Source: Betaproteobacteria bacterium RBG_16_66_20 (GTDB lineage Bacteria; Pseudomonadota; Gammaproteobacteria; Burkholderiales; SG8-39). Taken from it: a stretch of 53,032 nt of DNA. Every line of letters begins with the position of its first letter. Position 1 is the stretch's first letter. The position numbers were made by a program, and so were the translations under genes. The stretch lies in NCBI GenBank assembly GCA_001770285.1, contig MEQQ01000066.1:15058-68089 (forward strand), in the 5' to 3' direction. The notes below the pieces were generated by a model, which saw nothing but the letters and a program-made list of their open reading frames with translations, did not search any database and was not told the origin of the DNA. Below, piece after piece: positions 21,875 through 30,922 of the stretch.

Positions 21875-22747
21875 TCAGCCCGGGGCCAGGAAATCCGCGA
21901 TCAGCCGCGCAACCTGCCCCGGCTGGTCGTGGTGCAGCATGTGCCCGGCATCCGGGACGGTGACCTGGCGCAGATCCTTGAAGGCGGCCCGACGCTCGGC
22001 AAGCGCCTCCTCGCCGAGGCTCATCCGGGTGCGCGTCTCGGAATGCGCCGCGTCGACCCAGAGCACCGGCGCCGTGGCGCGCTGCCAGCAGGCCATCGCT
22101 TCATCCAGCCGGTAGAGATTCGCGTTGACCAGCTTGTGCGCCGGATCGCTGCGCAGCACGACGCCGCCGCCCGGCGCGTCCTTGCCCCAGTGGCGAGCGA
22201 GGAAATCGGCCCGCTCGCGCGTCAGCCGCGAATTGTTCCGCTGCAGCCGGTCGGCCAGCGCGCCGTAGCTGTCGTAAGGCCGCAGCCGCGACTCGACGCG
22301 CAATTCCTCCATCCAGCGCGCGTAGCGCTTCGGCGCCTGCTCGGCCCGGGTCGCCGGCATGCCGAAGCCCTCGAGGTTGACGAAGCGCGCAATGCGCTCC
22401 GGCCGGATGCCCGCGTAGAGCGCCGCGACATTGCCGCCGAGGCTGTGGCCGATGAGGTTGACCGGAGAATCGGGCTGGATGCGATCCAGGATCTGGTCCA
22501 GATCGGCGATGTAGTCGGGAAACCAGTAGCTGTCCGCGCCCGACCACGAGGTCAGCCCGTAGCCGCGCCAGTCCGGCGCGTAGACGTCCCAGCCTGGCGC
22601 GAGCTCGTCCACCAGGAACTGGAACGAGGCGGACACGTCCATCCAGCCGTGCAGCAGGATCATGCGGCGCGCGGCTTCGCCACGCCAATGGCGCACGTGA
22701 TAGCGCAGGCCGCGCAGCTCGAAGAACAGCGATTCACTCTGTCGCAT
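21875..22747 (-). CDS. Alpha/beta-fold hydrolase
   Basis: The oxyanion region ILLHGWMD, the nucleophile elbow GHSLGG and a C-terminal HMLHHDQP (catalytic His) are present. Confidence 0.7.
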   Translation of the reverse strand: MRQSESLFFELRGLRYHVRHWRGEAARRMILLHGWMDVSASFQFLVDELAPGWDVYAPDWRGYGLTSWSGADSYWFPDYIADLDQILDRIQPDSPVNLIGHSLGGNVAALYAGIRPERIARFVNLEGFGMPATRAEQAPKRYARWMEELRVESRLRPYDSYGALADRLQRNNSRLTRERADFLARHWGKDAPGGGVVLRSDPAHKLVNANLYRLDEAMACWQRATAPVLWVDAAHSETRTRMSLGEEALAERRAAFKDLRQVTVPDAGHMLHHDQPGQVARLIADFLAPG

Positions 22748-22772
22748 GGCAGGGCGCTATGATAACGATTCA

Positions 22773-23318
22773 ATGCCGATCTATTCGCTGAATCAACGCC
22801 GCGTCGAACTGCGCGGCGCGCATCACTTCATCGCCCGTGACGCCACGCTTGCCGGTTCGATCGTCCTCGAGAACGAGGTAAGCGTCTGGTTCGGGGTCGT
22901 GATCCGCGCCGACAACGACCGGGTGCATATCGGCGAGGCGAGCAACATCCAGGACGGCTCGGTGCTGCACGTCGACCCGGGGTACCCGATGACGCTCGGG
23001 CGCAGGGTCACCGTGGGCCACAAGGCGATGCTGCACGGCTGCAGCGTCGGCGATGGCGCGCTGATCGGCATCAACAGCGTGATCCTGAACGGCGCGCGCA
23101 TCGGCGCCGGCACGCTGGTCGGCGCCAACACCCTGGTGCCTGAAGGCAAGGAAATCCCGCCCGGGGTGCTGGTGGTCGGCACGCCGGCAAAGGTGGTGCG
23201 CGATTTGAAAGCCGAAGAGCAGGAAGGCCTGCTGCGGATCGCCCAGGGCTACGTCGAGCGTTCCCGGCGATTCAAGCTGGAACTGCGGGAGCAACCGCTG
23301 CCGCCTTCCGCGCGCTGA
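22773..23318 (+). CDS. Gamma-carbonic-anhydrase-like / LbH (YrdA/PaaY) family protein
   Basis: Hexapeptide repeats and the His ligands of the gamma-CA fold are present (SVWFGVVIRADNDRVHIGEASNIQDGSVLH ... GHKAMLHGC). The start is set at ATG 22773 (MPIYSL). Confidence 0.8.
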   Translation: MPIYSLNQRRVELRGAHHFIARDATLAGSIVLENEVSVWFGVVIRADNDRVHIGEASNIQDGSVLHVDPGYPMTLGRRVTVGHKAMLHGCSVGDGALIGINSVILNGARIGAGTLVGANTLVPEGKEIPPGVLVVGTPAKVVRDLKAEEQEGLLRIAQGYVERSRRFKLELREQPLPPSAR

Positions 23319-23324
23319 CCCTGC

Positions 23325-24086
23325 TTACTTCGGCGCCATCCGGATCGCGCCGTCCAGGCGGATCGTTTCCCCGTTCAGCATTTCGTTCTCGACGATGTGC
23401 TTCGCCAGTGCGGCGTATTCGTCCGGCTTGCCGAAGCGCGACGGAAACGGCACCTGCTTGGCGAGGGAATCCTGGGCCTCTTGCGGCAATCCGAGAAGCA
23501 TCGGCGTCAGGAACAGGCCCGGCGCGATGGTGACGACGCGGATGCCGTTGCGCGACAGATCCCGCGCTATCGGCAGGGTCATGCCCACCACGCCGCCCTT
23601 GGAAGCGGAATACGCGGCCTGGCCGATCTGGCCGTCGAACGCCGCGACCGAAGCGGTGTTGACGATCACGCCGCGCTCGCCGGCGGCATTCGGCCCGGCC
23701 TTCGCCATGGCGTCGGCGCCCAGGCGGATCATGTTGAAAGTGCCGATCAGGTTGATGGTAATGACCCTGGTGAAACGCGCGAGGTCGTGCGGCGCGTCCT
23801 TGCCGATGGTGCGCTCCGCGACGCCGATTCCGGCGCAGTTCACCAGCACATGGAGACCCCCGAAAAACTTTACTGCCAGCTCTGTTGCGGCCTTGCCGTC
23901 GGCCTCGGAGGTGACGTCGCACCTCGCGAACTTGCCACCGAGTTCCTTGGCGAGGGCCTCGCCGGCGTCGACCTGCAGGTCTGCGATGACCACCTTGGCG
24001 CCATTGGCGGCCGCCATCCGCGCCGTCGCCGCGCCCAGGCCCGAGGCGCCGCCGGTCACGACGAATACGCTGTTCTTGATCTGCAT
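23325..24086 (-). CDS. SDR-family 3-hydroxyacyl-CoA dehydrogenase (HSD10-like)
   Basis: [12 protein letters not shown] and the catalytic YSASKGG are present. Length and sequence are typical of type-2 3-hydroxyacyl-CoA dehydrogenases. Confidence 0.8.
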   Translation of the reverse strand: MQIKNSVFVVTGGASGLGAATARMAAANGAKVVIADLQVDAGEALAKELGGKFARCDVTSEADGKAATELAVKFFGGLHVLVNCAGIGVAERTIGKDAPHDLARFTRVITINLIGTFNMIRLGADAMAKAGPNAAGERGVIVNTASVAAFDGQIGQAAYSASKGGVVGMTLPIARDLSRNGIRVVTIAPGLFLTPMLLGLPQEAQDSLAKQVPFPSRFGKPDEYAALAKHIVENEMLNGETIRLDGAIRMAPK

Positions 24087-24146
24087 GACTTCCTCCCGCG
24101 GAAAAAAGTGTCATTATAATTGTTTGGTATCCCAACAAATGACGCG

Positions 24147-27100
24147 ATGACACCCGGTTTCGGCCTCCGCTTCGAGGAGTTGTACGCGCGTGACGGCCTG
24201 GTGCGCGTGGACCGGGCATTTCTCGGCTTCCTGGGCGAAGTTGATGCGGCGCTGCGCGCGCGCCTTGAGGCGGCGCGTGCGGGGCCCGCGGCGCTCGCTC
24301 CGAAGCAGGAATCCGAGTTGCTGGTCGCGCTGGCGCCGCACCTGGACGATTTCCTCGCTCGCCTGTTCGGCATCGAAGCCGAGGTTCACGCGCTCTCCGC
24401 CCGGCACCACAATTTCGCTCCGCTCTACTCCGTCAAGCGCCTGTTCGTGCAGCGCCGCGCAATGCACAAGGTGAGGCCCGAGGCTGCGGCGGCCCTGGAC
24501 GCAGCCGCGGCCGAGCAGGAGCTGCGCACCCTGTTCGGCGGCCAGTTCACCGAACTTGCATTCGCGCGCCACGTGACGGAATGGCAGAAGGACGAAGCGG
24601 CGCATTCCGCGAAGCTGGATCTTGCGGCGCATTACGCGGCATGGGCGGCGGGCACGCCGGAAGGACGCAGGAAGCACGCTCAAGGCGTGCTCTTCAAGAC
24701 TCCGCGCAAGCTGGACTATATGCGCCTGGTTCCGGTGCGCACCGACGACGGCCAGGGCTACGCACGCCATACCCTCGATCACCTGCGGCTGCGCGAGGGG
24801 TTCGCGCTCACCGATCCCGGTACCGACCTGGTGGGCGCGCTCGACGAGGCGAACTATTGCATCTGGTGTCACGAGCAGGGCAAGGACTCCTGCGCCAAGG
24901 GGTTGAAGGAGAAAGCGCCGGCGGCCGGATTCAGGAAGACCCCTCTAGGCATCACGCTCGCAGGCTGTCCGCTCGAGGAGAGAATCTCCGAGTTCCAGAT
25001 GGTGAAGGCGCGCGGCCAGGCGCTCGCCGCGCTCGCCATGATCACCGTGGACAATCCGATGGTTGCCGCCACCGGACACCGGATCTGCAACGACTGCATG
25101 AAATCGTGCATCTATCAGAAGCAGGATCCGGTCGATATCCCGCAGGCGGAAACGCGCACCCTGAAAGACGTGCTTGGCCTGCCCTGGGGTTTCGAGATCT
25201 ATTCACTGCTCACGCGCTGGAACCCGCTGCACCTGCGGCGCCCCCTGCCGCGGCCGGACTCGGGACGCAAGGTGCTGGTGGTGGGCCTCGGACCCGCCGG
25301 ATTCACGCTTGCCCACCATCTGATGAACGACGGGCACACCGTGGTCGGGATCGACGGACTGAAGATCGAGCCGCTTGCCGAGGACCTCCGGGCCGTGAAG
25401 CCGGTGCGCGAGGCCCTCGACCTGTACGAGCCGCTCGCGGAACGCGCCATGGCGGGGTTTGGCGGCGTAGCCGAGTACGGCATCACGGTGCGCTGGGACA
25501 AGAACTTTCTCAAGCTGGTCCGGCTGCTCCTCGAACGGCGCCCCACGTTCGCGATGTACGGCGGCGTGCGCTTCGGCGGAACGATTACCCTCGAAGACGC
25601 CTGGCAGATGGGTTTCGACCATGTCGCCCTGTGCGTCGGCGCCGGCAAGCCCACGGTGCTCGACATCCCCAACGGCCTGGCGCGCGGCGTGCGCGCCGCC
25701 TCGGACTTTCTGATGGCGCTGCAGCTCACCGGCGCGGCCAAGCGCGACTCGCTCGCCAACATGCAGCTGCGCCTTCCCGCCGTGGTGATCGGCGGCGGCC
25801 TGACCGCAATCGACACCGCCACCGAGTCGCTCGCCTACTACGTCGTGCAGGTCGAGAAGTTCCTCGCACGCTACGAAACCCTGGCGAAGGAGATCGGCGA
25901 AAGCGAAATCCGCGCCGGCTGGGACGACCAGGAACGCGAGATCGCCGAGGAGTTCCTGGCGCACGCGCGCGCGATCCGCGGCGAGCGCCGCGAGGCCGCG
26001 CGCGAGGGGCGCGCGCCGAAAATCATCGAGCTGCTGCGGCATTGGGGCGGCGTCACGATCGCCTACCGCCGGCGCCTGGTGGACAGTCCCTCCTACACTC
26101 TCAATCACGAAGAAGTGGAGAAGGCGCTCGAGGAGGGCATCGCATTCGCCGAAGGCCTGACGCCCGCGCACGTGGACACGGACAACTACGGGGCAGTGCG
26201 CGGCGTGCGCTTCCGTCATGCGTCCGGCAAGGAGCACTGGCTTCCCGCACACACGGTGTTCGTCGCCGCCGGCACACAGCCCAATACCGTGCTCGCGCGG
26301 GAGGACGCCGCGCATTTCCCGCTCGAGGGCAAATACTTTGCCGCCTGCGACGAAGATGGCAATCCGGTCAAGCCGCAGTATTCCTCCGCCAAGCCGGTCG
26401 CGGCGAACGTGCTGCTCGCGAAGCAGCCCGATGGCCGTTTCGTGAGCTATTTCGGCGACGTGCACCCGTCCTATTTCGGCAATGTGGTGAAAGCGATGGG
26501 GAGCGCAAAGCAGGGGTATCCCGTTGTTTCGCGGGTTCTGGCAAAGAATCATCCGAAGAATATCGAACAGAAGGAAGTCTTCTTCAAGAAACTCTCGGAC
26601 CAGTTGCTCGCAACCGTCCACGAGGTCGAGCGCCTCACCCCGACCATCGTGGAAGTCGTGGTTCGCGCACCGCTTGCGGCGAAGAAGTTCCAGCCGGGCC
26701 AGTTCTACCGCCTGCAGAACTTCGAATCGCTGGCGCCGATGGCCTCGGGCACGCGGATGCAGATGGAGGGCCTGGCCATGACCGGCGCATGGGTGGACCG
26801 CGAGCGGGGATTGGTATCCATCATCGCGCTGGAAATGGGCGGCTCGAGCGACCTGTGCGCGATGCTGCGCCCCGGCGAGCCCGTGATCCTGATGGGCCCG
26901 ACCGGCTCGCCGACCGAAATCACCTCCGGTGAAACCGTGGTGCTCTGCGGCGGCGGCCTGGGCAACGCGGTGCTGTTTTCGATCGGCGCGGCGTTCCGCG
27001 CCGCCGGATCGAAGGTGCTGTACTTCGCCGGCTACAAGAAAGTCATCGACCGCTACAAGATTGCCGACATCGAGAACGCGGCGGACACCGTGGTCTGGTG

Positions 27101-27584
27101 CTGCGACGAGGAGCCCGGCTTCGCGCCGGGGCGGCCGCAGGACCGCAGCTTCATCGGCAACATCGTCCAGGCGATGGACGCCTACGCCGAAGGCCGGCTC
27201 GGCGCGCCTTCGATCCGCCTCGACGACGCCGATCGCCTGATCGCGATCGGCTCGGACCGGATGATGGCGGCGGTGGCGCGCGCGCGCCACGACATTCTGA
27301 AACCTCACCTCAAGCCGCAGCACTTTGCCATCGGTTCGATCAACTCGCCGATGCAGTGCATGTTGAAGGAGATCTGCGCGCAGTGCCTGCAGCCACACCG
27401 CGACCCGGTGACCGGGGAGACGAGCTATGTCTTTTCCTGCTTCAACCAGGACCAGCCGCTCGACAGCGTGGATTTCAAGGGCCTGCACGAGCGCCTGCAG
27501 CAGAATTCGCTTGCCGAGAAGCTGGGCGCGGGCTGGCTGCGCCACTGCATGCCGGAACTCAGGAAGCAAAGGACCTTCGTCTAG
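24147..27584 (+). CDS. Large fused flavin/Fe-S oxidoreductase: unknown N-domain + GltD/NfnB-like module + PyrK/NfnA-like module
   Basis: Cys clusters CIWCHEQGKDSC, GCP and ICNDCMKSC are present. There are two dinucleotide folds (KVLVVGLGPAGF; LPAVVIGGGLTAID). The C-terminal part is a ferredoxin-reductase-type module ending in C-x5-C-x2-C-x17-C (CMLKEICAQCLQ...SC). A TATAAT at 24115..24120 makes the track start (TTG 24120) implausible, so ATG 24147 is used. Confidence 0.75.
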   Translation: MTPGFGLRFEELYARDGLVRVDRAFLGFLGEVDAALRARLEAARAGPAALAPKQESELLVALAPHLDDFLARLFGIEAEVHALSARHHNFAPLYSVKRLFVQRRAMHKVRPEAAAALDAAAAEQELRTLFGGQFTELAFARHVTEWQKDEAAHSAKLDLAAHYAAWAAGTPEGRRKHAQGVLFKTPRKLDYMRLVPVRTDDGQGYARHTLDHLRLREGFALTDPGTDLVGALDEANYCIWCHEQGKDSCAKGLKEKAPAAGFRKTPLGITLAGCPLEERISEFQMVKARGQALAALAMITVDNPMVAATGHRICNDCMKSCIYQKQDPVDIPQAETRTLKDVLGLPWGFEIYSLLTRWNPLHLRRPLPRPDSGRKVLVVGLGPAGFTLAHHLMNDGHTVVGIDGLKIEPLAEDLRAVKPVREALDLYEPLAERAMAGFGGVAEYGITVRWDKNFLKLVRLLLERRPTFAMYGGVRFGGTITLEDAWQMGFDHVALCVGAGKPTVLDIPNGLARGVRAASDFLMALQLTGAAKRDSLANMQLRLPAVVIGGGLTAIDTATESLAYYVVQVEKFLARYETLAKEIGESEIRAGWDDQEREIAEEFLAHARAIRGERREAAREGRAPKIIELLRHWGGVTIAYRRRLVDSPSYTLNHEEVEKALEEGIAFAEGLTPAHVDTDNYGAVRGVRFRHASGKEHWLPAHTVFVAAGTQPNTVLAREDAAHFPLEGKYFAACDEDGNPVKPQYSSAKPVAANVLLAKQPDGRFVSYFGDVHPSYFGNVVKAMGSAKQGYPVVSRVLAKNHPKNIEQKEVFFKKLSDQLLATVHEVERLTPTIVEVVVRAPLAAKKFQPGQFYRLQNFESLAPMASGTRMQMEGLAMTGAWVDRERGLVSIIALEMGGSSDLCAMLRPGEPVILMGPTGSPTEITSGETVVLCGGGLGNAVLFSIGAAFRAAGSKVLYFAGYKKVIDRYKIADIENAADTVVWCCDEEPGFAPGRPQDRSFIGNIVQAMDAYAEGRLGAPSIRLDDADRLIAIGSDRMMAAVARARHDILKPHLKPQHFAIGSINSPMQCMLKEICAQCLQPHRDPVTGETSYVFSCFNQDQPLDSVDFKGLHERLQQNSLAEKLGAGWLRHCMPELRKQRTFV

Positions 27585-27588
27585 CGGA

Positions 27589-27617
27589 TTGACAATGGGC
27601 CGGGCCAGGCGTATAAG
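27589..27617 (+). promoter_or_regulatory. Near-consensus sigma70 promoter of the ABC-transporter operon
   Basis: TTGACA (27589..27594) - 17 nt - TATAAG (27612..27617), within a locally AT-rich patch. Confidence 0.6.
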
Positions 27618-27620
27618 AGT

Positions 27621-27637
27621 TATATAAGTTTTATATA
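27621..27637. promoter_or_regulatory. Perfect inverted repeat (candidate operator)
   Basis: TATATAA-gtt-TTATATA lies 4 nt downstream of the -10 element and upstream of the RBS GGAGG (27643..27647). Confidence 0.45.
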
Positions 27638-27655
27638 GTCTTGGAGGTCCCGGAC

Positions 27656-27847
27656 ATGTCCAATACGAAGGTCAGCACCTTTTCCGCGACCCTGCGCGAC
27701 CTCGCGATGCTGGAAGCGGTGGCGAAATACCACGGCCTGAACAAGAGCGCGACCATCGCCAGCCTGGTGCGCAAGGAGTTCTGGCGCGTCTTCCCCGGCG
27801 GCACTGCGAAGATAAAGCCGGATCATGGCGCAAAGGTGGAAGCATGA
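27656..27847 (+). CDS. Small (63 aa) putative ribbon-helix-helix-like protein
   Basis: The ATG is preceded by GGAGG at 8 nt. The product is MSNTKVSTFSATLRDLAMLEAVAKYHGLNKSATIASLVRKEF, which reads as a beta-strand followed by two helices. Its stop overlaps the next gene's start (ATGA). Function is inferred from the pattern only. Confidence 0.45.
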   Translation: MSNTKVSTFSATLRDLAMLEAVAKYHGLNKSATIASLVRKEFWRVFPGGTAKIKPDHGAKVEA

Positions 27848-29022
27848 AGCTCCTATGCTTGCTGGCGCTTCTGCTTGTTTCCACGGGTGTAAGCGCACAG
27901 ACGATCAAGATCGGCGAACTGAACAGCTACAAGGTCTTCCCGGCCTTCCTCGAGCCTTACAAGAAGGGCATGGAGCTCGCGCTCGAGGAAATCAATCGCG
28001 CGGGCGGGGTGAACGGGCGCAAGCTGGAGCTGGTCTCGCGCGACGACGGCGGCAACCCGGGCGACGCGGTGCGGGTGGCCGAGGAACTGATCACGCGCGA
28101 GAACGTGGCCCTGCTCACCGGCACCTTCGCCTCGAATATCGGTCTCGCCGTCTCCAACCTCGCCGCGCAGCGCAAGATCGTGTTCATCGCGGCCGAACCG
28201 CTCACCGACAAGATGGTGTGGGAAAACGGCAACCGTTACACCTTCCGCCTGCGGGCTTCGACCTACATGCAGACCGCGATGCTGATCCCCGAGGCGGTCA
28301 AGCTGAAGAAAGTCCGCTGGGCGATCGTCTATCCCAACTACGAGTACGGCCAGTCGGCGACCGCATCGTTCAAGAAACTGCTCGCGAAGGCGCAACCGGG
28401 CGTGCAGTTCGTCGCCGAGCAGGCGCCGCCGCTCGGCAAGATCGACGCCGGCGCCGTGGTGCAGGCGCTGATCGACGCCAAGCCGGAGGCGATTTTCTCG
28501 TCCTTGTTCGCCGCCGATCTGCAGAAGTTCGTGCGCGAAGGCAATCTGCGCGGCTTGTTCAAGAACACGTCCGTTTTCAACCTGCTCGGCGGCGAGCCCG
28601 AGTATCTCGATCCCCTCAAGGACGAAACGCCGGAAGGCTGGTGGGTCACCGGCTATCCCTGGAGCGAGATCAGGACCCCGGCGCACCAGAAATTCCTCGA
28701 TGCCTACCGCAAGCGGTGGAACGATTACCCGCGACTGGGCTCGGTGGTCGGCTACGCCGCGATCTACAGCGCGGCCAACGCGATCCGGAAAGCGGGCGGC
28801 ACCGACACCGAAAAGCTCATCGCCGCGCTCAAGGGGCTGGAAATGGACACGCCCTTCGGCCCGATCGTCTACCGGGCGCACGACCACCAGTCGACCATGG
28901 GCGCCTACGTCGGGCAGCTCTCGGCGCGCGGCGGCAAGGGCCGCATGGTCAACTGGCGCTTTGCCGACGGCGCCAATTTCCTGCCGCCGTTCGAAGAAGT
29001 GAGGATTCTAAGGAAAGAGTAG
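27844..29022 (+). CDS. ABC transporter substrate-binding protein, LivK/branched-chain-amino-acid (type 1 PBP) family
   Basis: It has a signal peptide (MKLLCLLALLLVSTGVSAQ) and a Leu/Ile/Val-binding-protein-like body (IKIGELNSY ... GVNGRKLELVSRDDGGNP). Confidence 0.88.
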   Translation: MKLLCLLALLLVSTGVSAQTIKIGELNSYKVFPAFLEPYKKGMELALEEINRAGGVNGRKLELVSRDDGGNPGDAVRVAEELITRENVALLTGTFASNIGLAVSNLAAQRKIVFIAAEPLTDKMVWENGNRYTFRLRASTYMQTAMLIPEAVKLKKVRWAIVYPNYEYGQSATASFKKLLAKAQPGVQFVAEQAPPLGKIDAGAVVQALIDAKPEAIFSSLFAADLQKFVREGNLRGLFKNTSVFNLLGGEPEYLDPLKDETPEGWWVTGYPWSEIRTPAHQKFLDAYRKRWNDYPRLGSVVGYAAIYSAANAIRKAGGTDTEKLIAALKGLEMDTPFGPIVYRAHDHQSTMGAYVGQLSARGGKGRMVNWRFADGANFLPPFEEVRILRKE

Positions 29023-29030
29023 TTTAATCA

Positions 29031-30848
29031 GTGAGCTACTCGTCTATCCTCATCCAGTTTCTAAATGGACTGGCGAGTGCTTCGTCGCTGTTCCTGGTCG
29101 CCGCCGGGCTGTCCCTCATCTTTGGCGTTACCCGGATCGTCAATTTCGCCCACGGCTCGCTCTACATGCTGGGGATGTATCTGGCCGTGTGGCTTGCCGA
29201 GCGGGTCGGTTTCTGGGCTGCCGTGCCTCTGGCTGCGGCAATCGTTGCGCTGTTCGGATCCGTCGTTGAAATTTCTCTTTTGAGAAGGATCTATAAGGCA
29301 CCTGAACTGCTGCAGCTGCTTGCCACCTTTGCCCTGCTCCTCGTGATCAAGGACGCCGCGCTCTGGATCTGGGGCCCGGAAGATCTCCTCGGGCCGCGCG
29401 CGCCGGGCTTTACCGGGGCGGTGGGAATCGCGGGCGGCGCATTTCCACAGTACGAACTGCTGCTCATAGTGCTGGGACCTGTGGTTTTTGTTTTTCTCCA
29501 ATTGATCCTTTCAAAGACCCGATGGGGCATCCTCGTGCGCGCCGCCACCCAGGACCGCGAAATGGCGAGCGCGCTCGGCGTCAACCAGCGCTGGCTGTTC
29601 ACGGGGGTCTTCGTCCTGGGCGCGCTGCTCGCCGGGCTGGGCGGTGCGCTGCAGGTCCCGCGCGAACCCGCCAACCTGATGGTCGACCTCACCGTGATCT
29701 CGGATGCGTTCGTGGTCGTGGTGGTCGGCGGCCTGGGTTCGATTCCGGGCGCCTTCCTCGCCGCGCTGCTGATCGCCGAGATCAAGGCGTTCTGCATCGG
29801 CCTGGGATTTTCCGAGGCCACTCTGGTGATGGAGTTCATGGTCATGGCTGCAGTCCTCGTGCTGCGTCCCTGGGGCCTGCTCGGGCGCATGCCGGCCGAG
29901 GCGCGCGGCGCGGGCACAGCGCAACAGCCGCTCGCCCGGCCCTCGCCCCGCCTGCTGCGGATGCTCGTCGCGCTCGTCGCGGCGCTCGCGCTTGTCCCGC
30001 TCGCCTCCGGCGGCTACACGCTGGTGCTCCTTACCGATGTGCTGATCTTCGCGCTGTTCGCCGTCAGCCTGCATTTCATCATGGGGCCCGCGGGCCTGTA
30101 TTCGTTCGGCCACGCCGCCTATTTCGGCCTCGGCGCGTACGCAGCAGGAATTCTCTTCCTTCAGGGAAAAATGCCCATGGAACTCGCGCTGGCGCTGGCC
30201 CCGCTTGCCGCCGGCTTCGGGGCGCTCGTCTTCGGCTGGTTCTGCGTGCGGCTCTCCGGCGTGTATTCGGCGATGCTTACGCTTGCATTCGCGCAAATTG
30301 TCTGGTCGGCGGCGTTCCAGTGGGACGCGCTGACCGGCGGCTCGAACGGCATCGTCGGCATCTGGCCGGCGCCGTGGCTCGCCTCGAAGACGGCGTACTA
30401 CTTCCTGACGCTTCTGTTCTGCGCGTTGGGAATCTCGTTCTTGTGGAAGGCAATCTATTCCCCGTTTGGATATGCACTGCGCGCGGGCCGCGATTCGCCC
30501 CTGCGCGCCGATGCCATCGGCATCGACGTGCGCGCAGCCCAGTGGGCCGCGTTCGCCATTGCGGGCCTCGCGGCCGGGATCTCCGGCGCGCTGTATGCGT
30601 TTTCGAAGGGCTCGATCTCGCCCGAAGCGATGGGAATCCAGCGTTCCGTGGACGGGCTGGTGATGGTGATGCTCGGCGGCATCCAGACGCTCACCGGGCC
30701 GGTCTGGGGCGCGGCGCTCTACACCTGGCTGCAGGACGCCGCCGCGCGCAATATCGACTACTGGCGCGCGCTCGTCGGGATCGTGATCCTGGCGCTGGTG
30801 CTCGCAGTGCCGCAGGGGCTCGGAACGCTCGTGCAGGGACGCAAATGA
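29031..30848 (+). CDS. Fused LivH-LivM-type ABC transporter permease
   Basis: The 605-aa polytopic protein has a LivH-like first half (FLNGLASASSLFLVAAGLSLIFGVTRIVNFAHG) and a LivM-like second half (FGHAAYFGLGAYAA). GTG start. Confidence 0.88.
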   Translation: MSYSSILIQFLNGLASASSLFLVAAGLSLIFGVTRIVNFAHGSLYMLGMYLAVWLAERVGFWAAVPLAAAIVALFGSVVEISLLRRIYKAPELLQLLATFALLLVIKDAALWIWGPEDLLGPRAPGFTGAVGIAGGAFPQYELLLIVLGPVVFVFLQLILSKTRWGILVRAATQDREMASALGVNQRWLFTGVFVLGALLAGLGGALQVPREPANLMVDLTVISDAFVVVVVGGLGSIPGAFLAALLIAEIKAFCIGLGFSEATLVMEFMVMAAVLVLRPWGLLGRMPAEARGAGTAQQPLARPSPRLLRMLVALVAALALVPLASGGYTLVLLTDVLIFALFAVSLHFIMGPAGLYSFGHAAYFGLGAYAAGILFLQGKMPMELALALAPLAAGFGALVFGWFCVRLSGVYSAMLTLAFAQIVWSAAFQWDALTGGSNGIVGIWPAPWLASKTAYYFLTLLFCALGISFLWKAIYSPFGYALRAGRDSPLRADAIGIDVRAAQWAAFAIAGLAAGISGALYAFSKGSISPEAMGIQRSVDGLVMVMLGGIQTLTGPVWGAALYTWLQDAAARNIDYWRALVGIVILALVLAVPQGLGTLVQGRK

Positions 30849-30861
30849 GTACTAGCGCATT

Positions 30862-30922
30862 GGCTGGCGCGAGAAGTAGCGCAAAGGCTGGCGTGAGAAG
30901 TAGCGCGAAGGCTGGCGCGTGA
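30862..30922. repeat. 24-nt tandem repeat, about 2.5 copies
   Basis: GGCTGGCGCGAGAAGTAGCGCAAA / GGCTGGCGTGAGAAGTAGCGCGAA / GGCTGGCGCGTGA fills the permease-ATPase intergenic gap. Confidence 0.8.

Noticed and set aside
24101-24146. An imperfect palindrome (TGTCAT..TTGTTTGG tatc CCAACAAATGAC) between the SDR gene and the large oxidoreductase gene, as a possible regulator-binding site.
   Set aside because: The arms need a 5-nt gap and two mismatches to align, and no regulator gene is adjacent. Only the TATAAT at 24115..24120 is worth noting.
30862-30922. The tandem repeat as a miniature CRISPR-like or REP array.
   Set aside because: The units are directly adjacent with no spacers, there are only about 2.5 copies, and there is no dyad symmetry. 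It is a simple tandem duplication.
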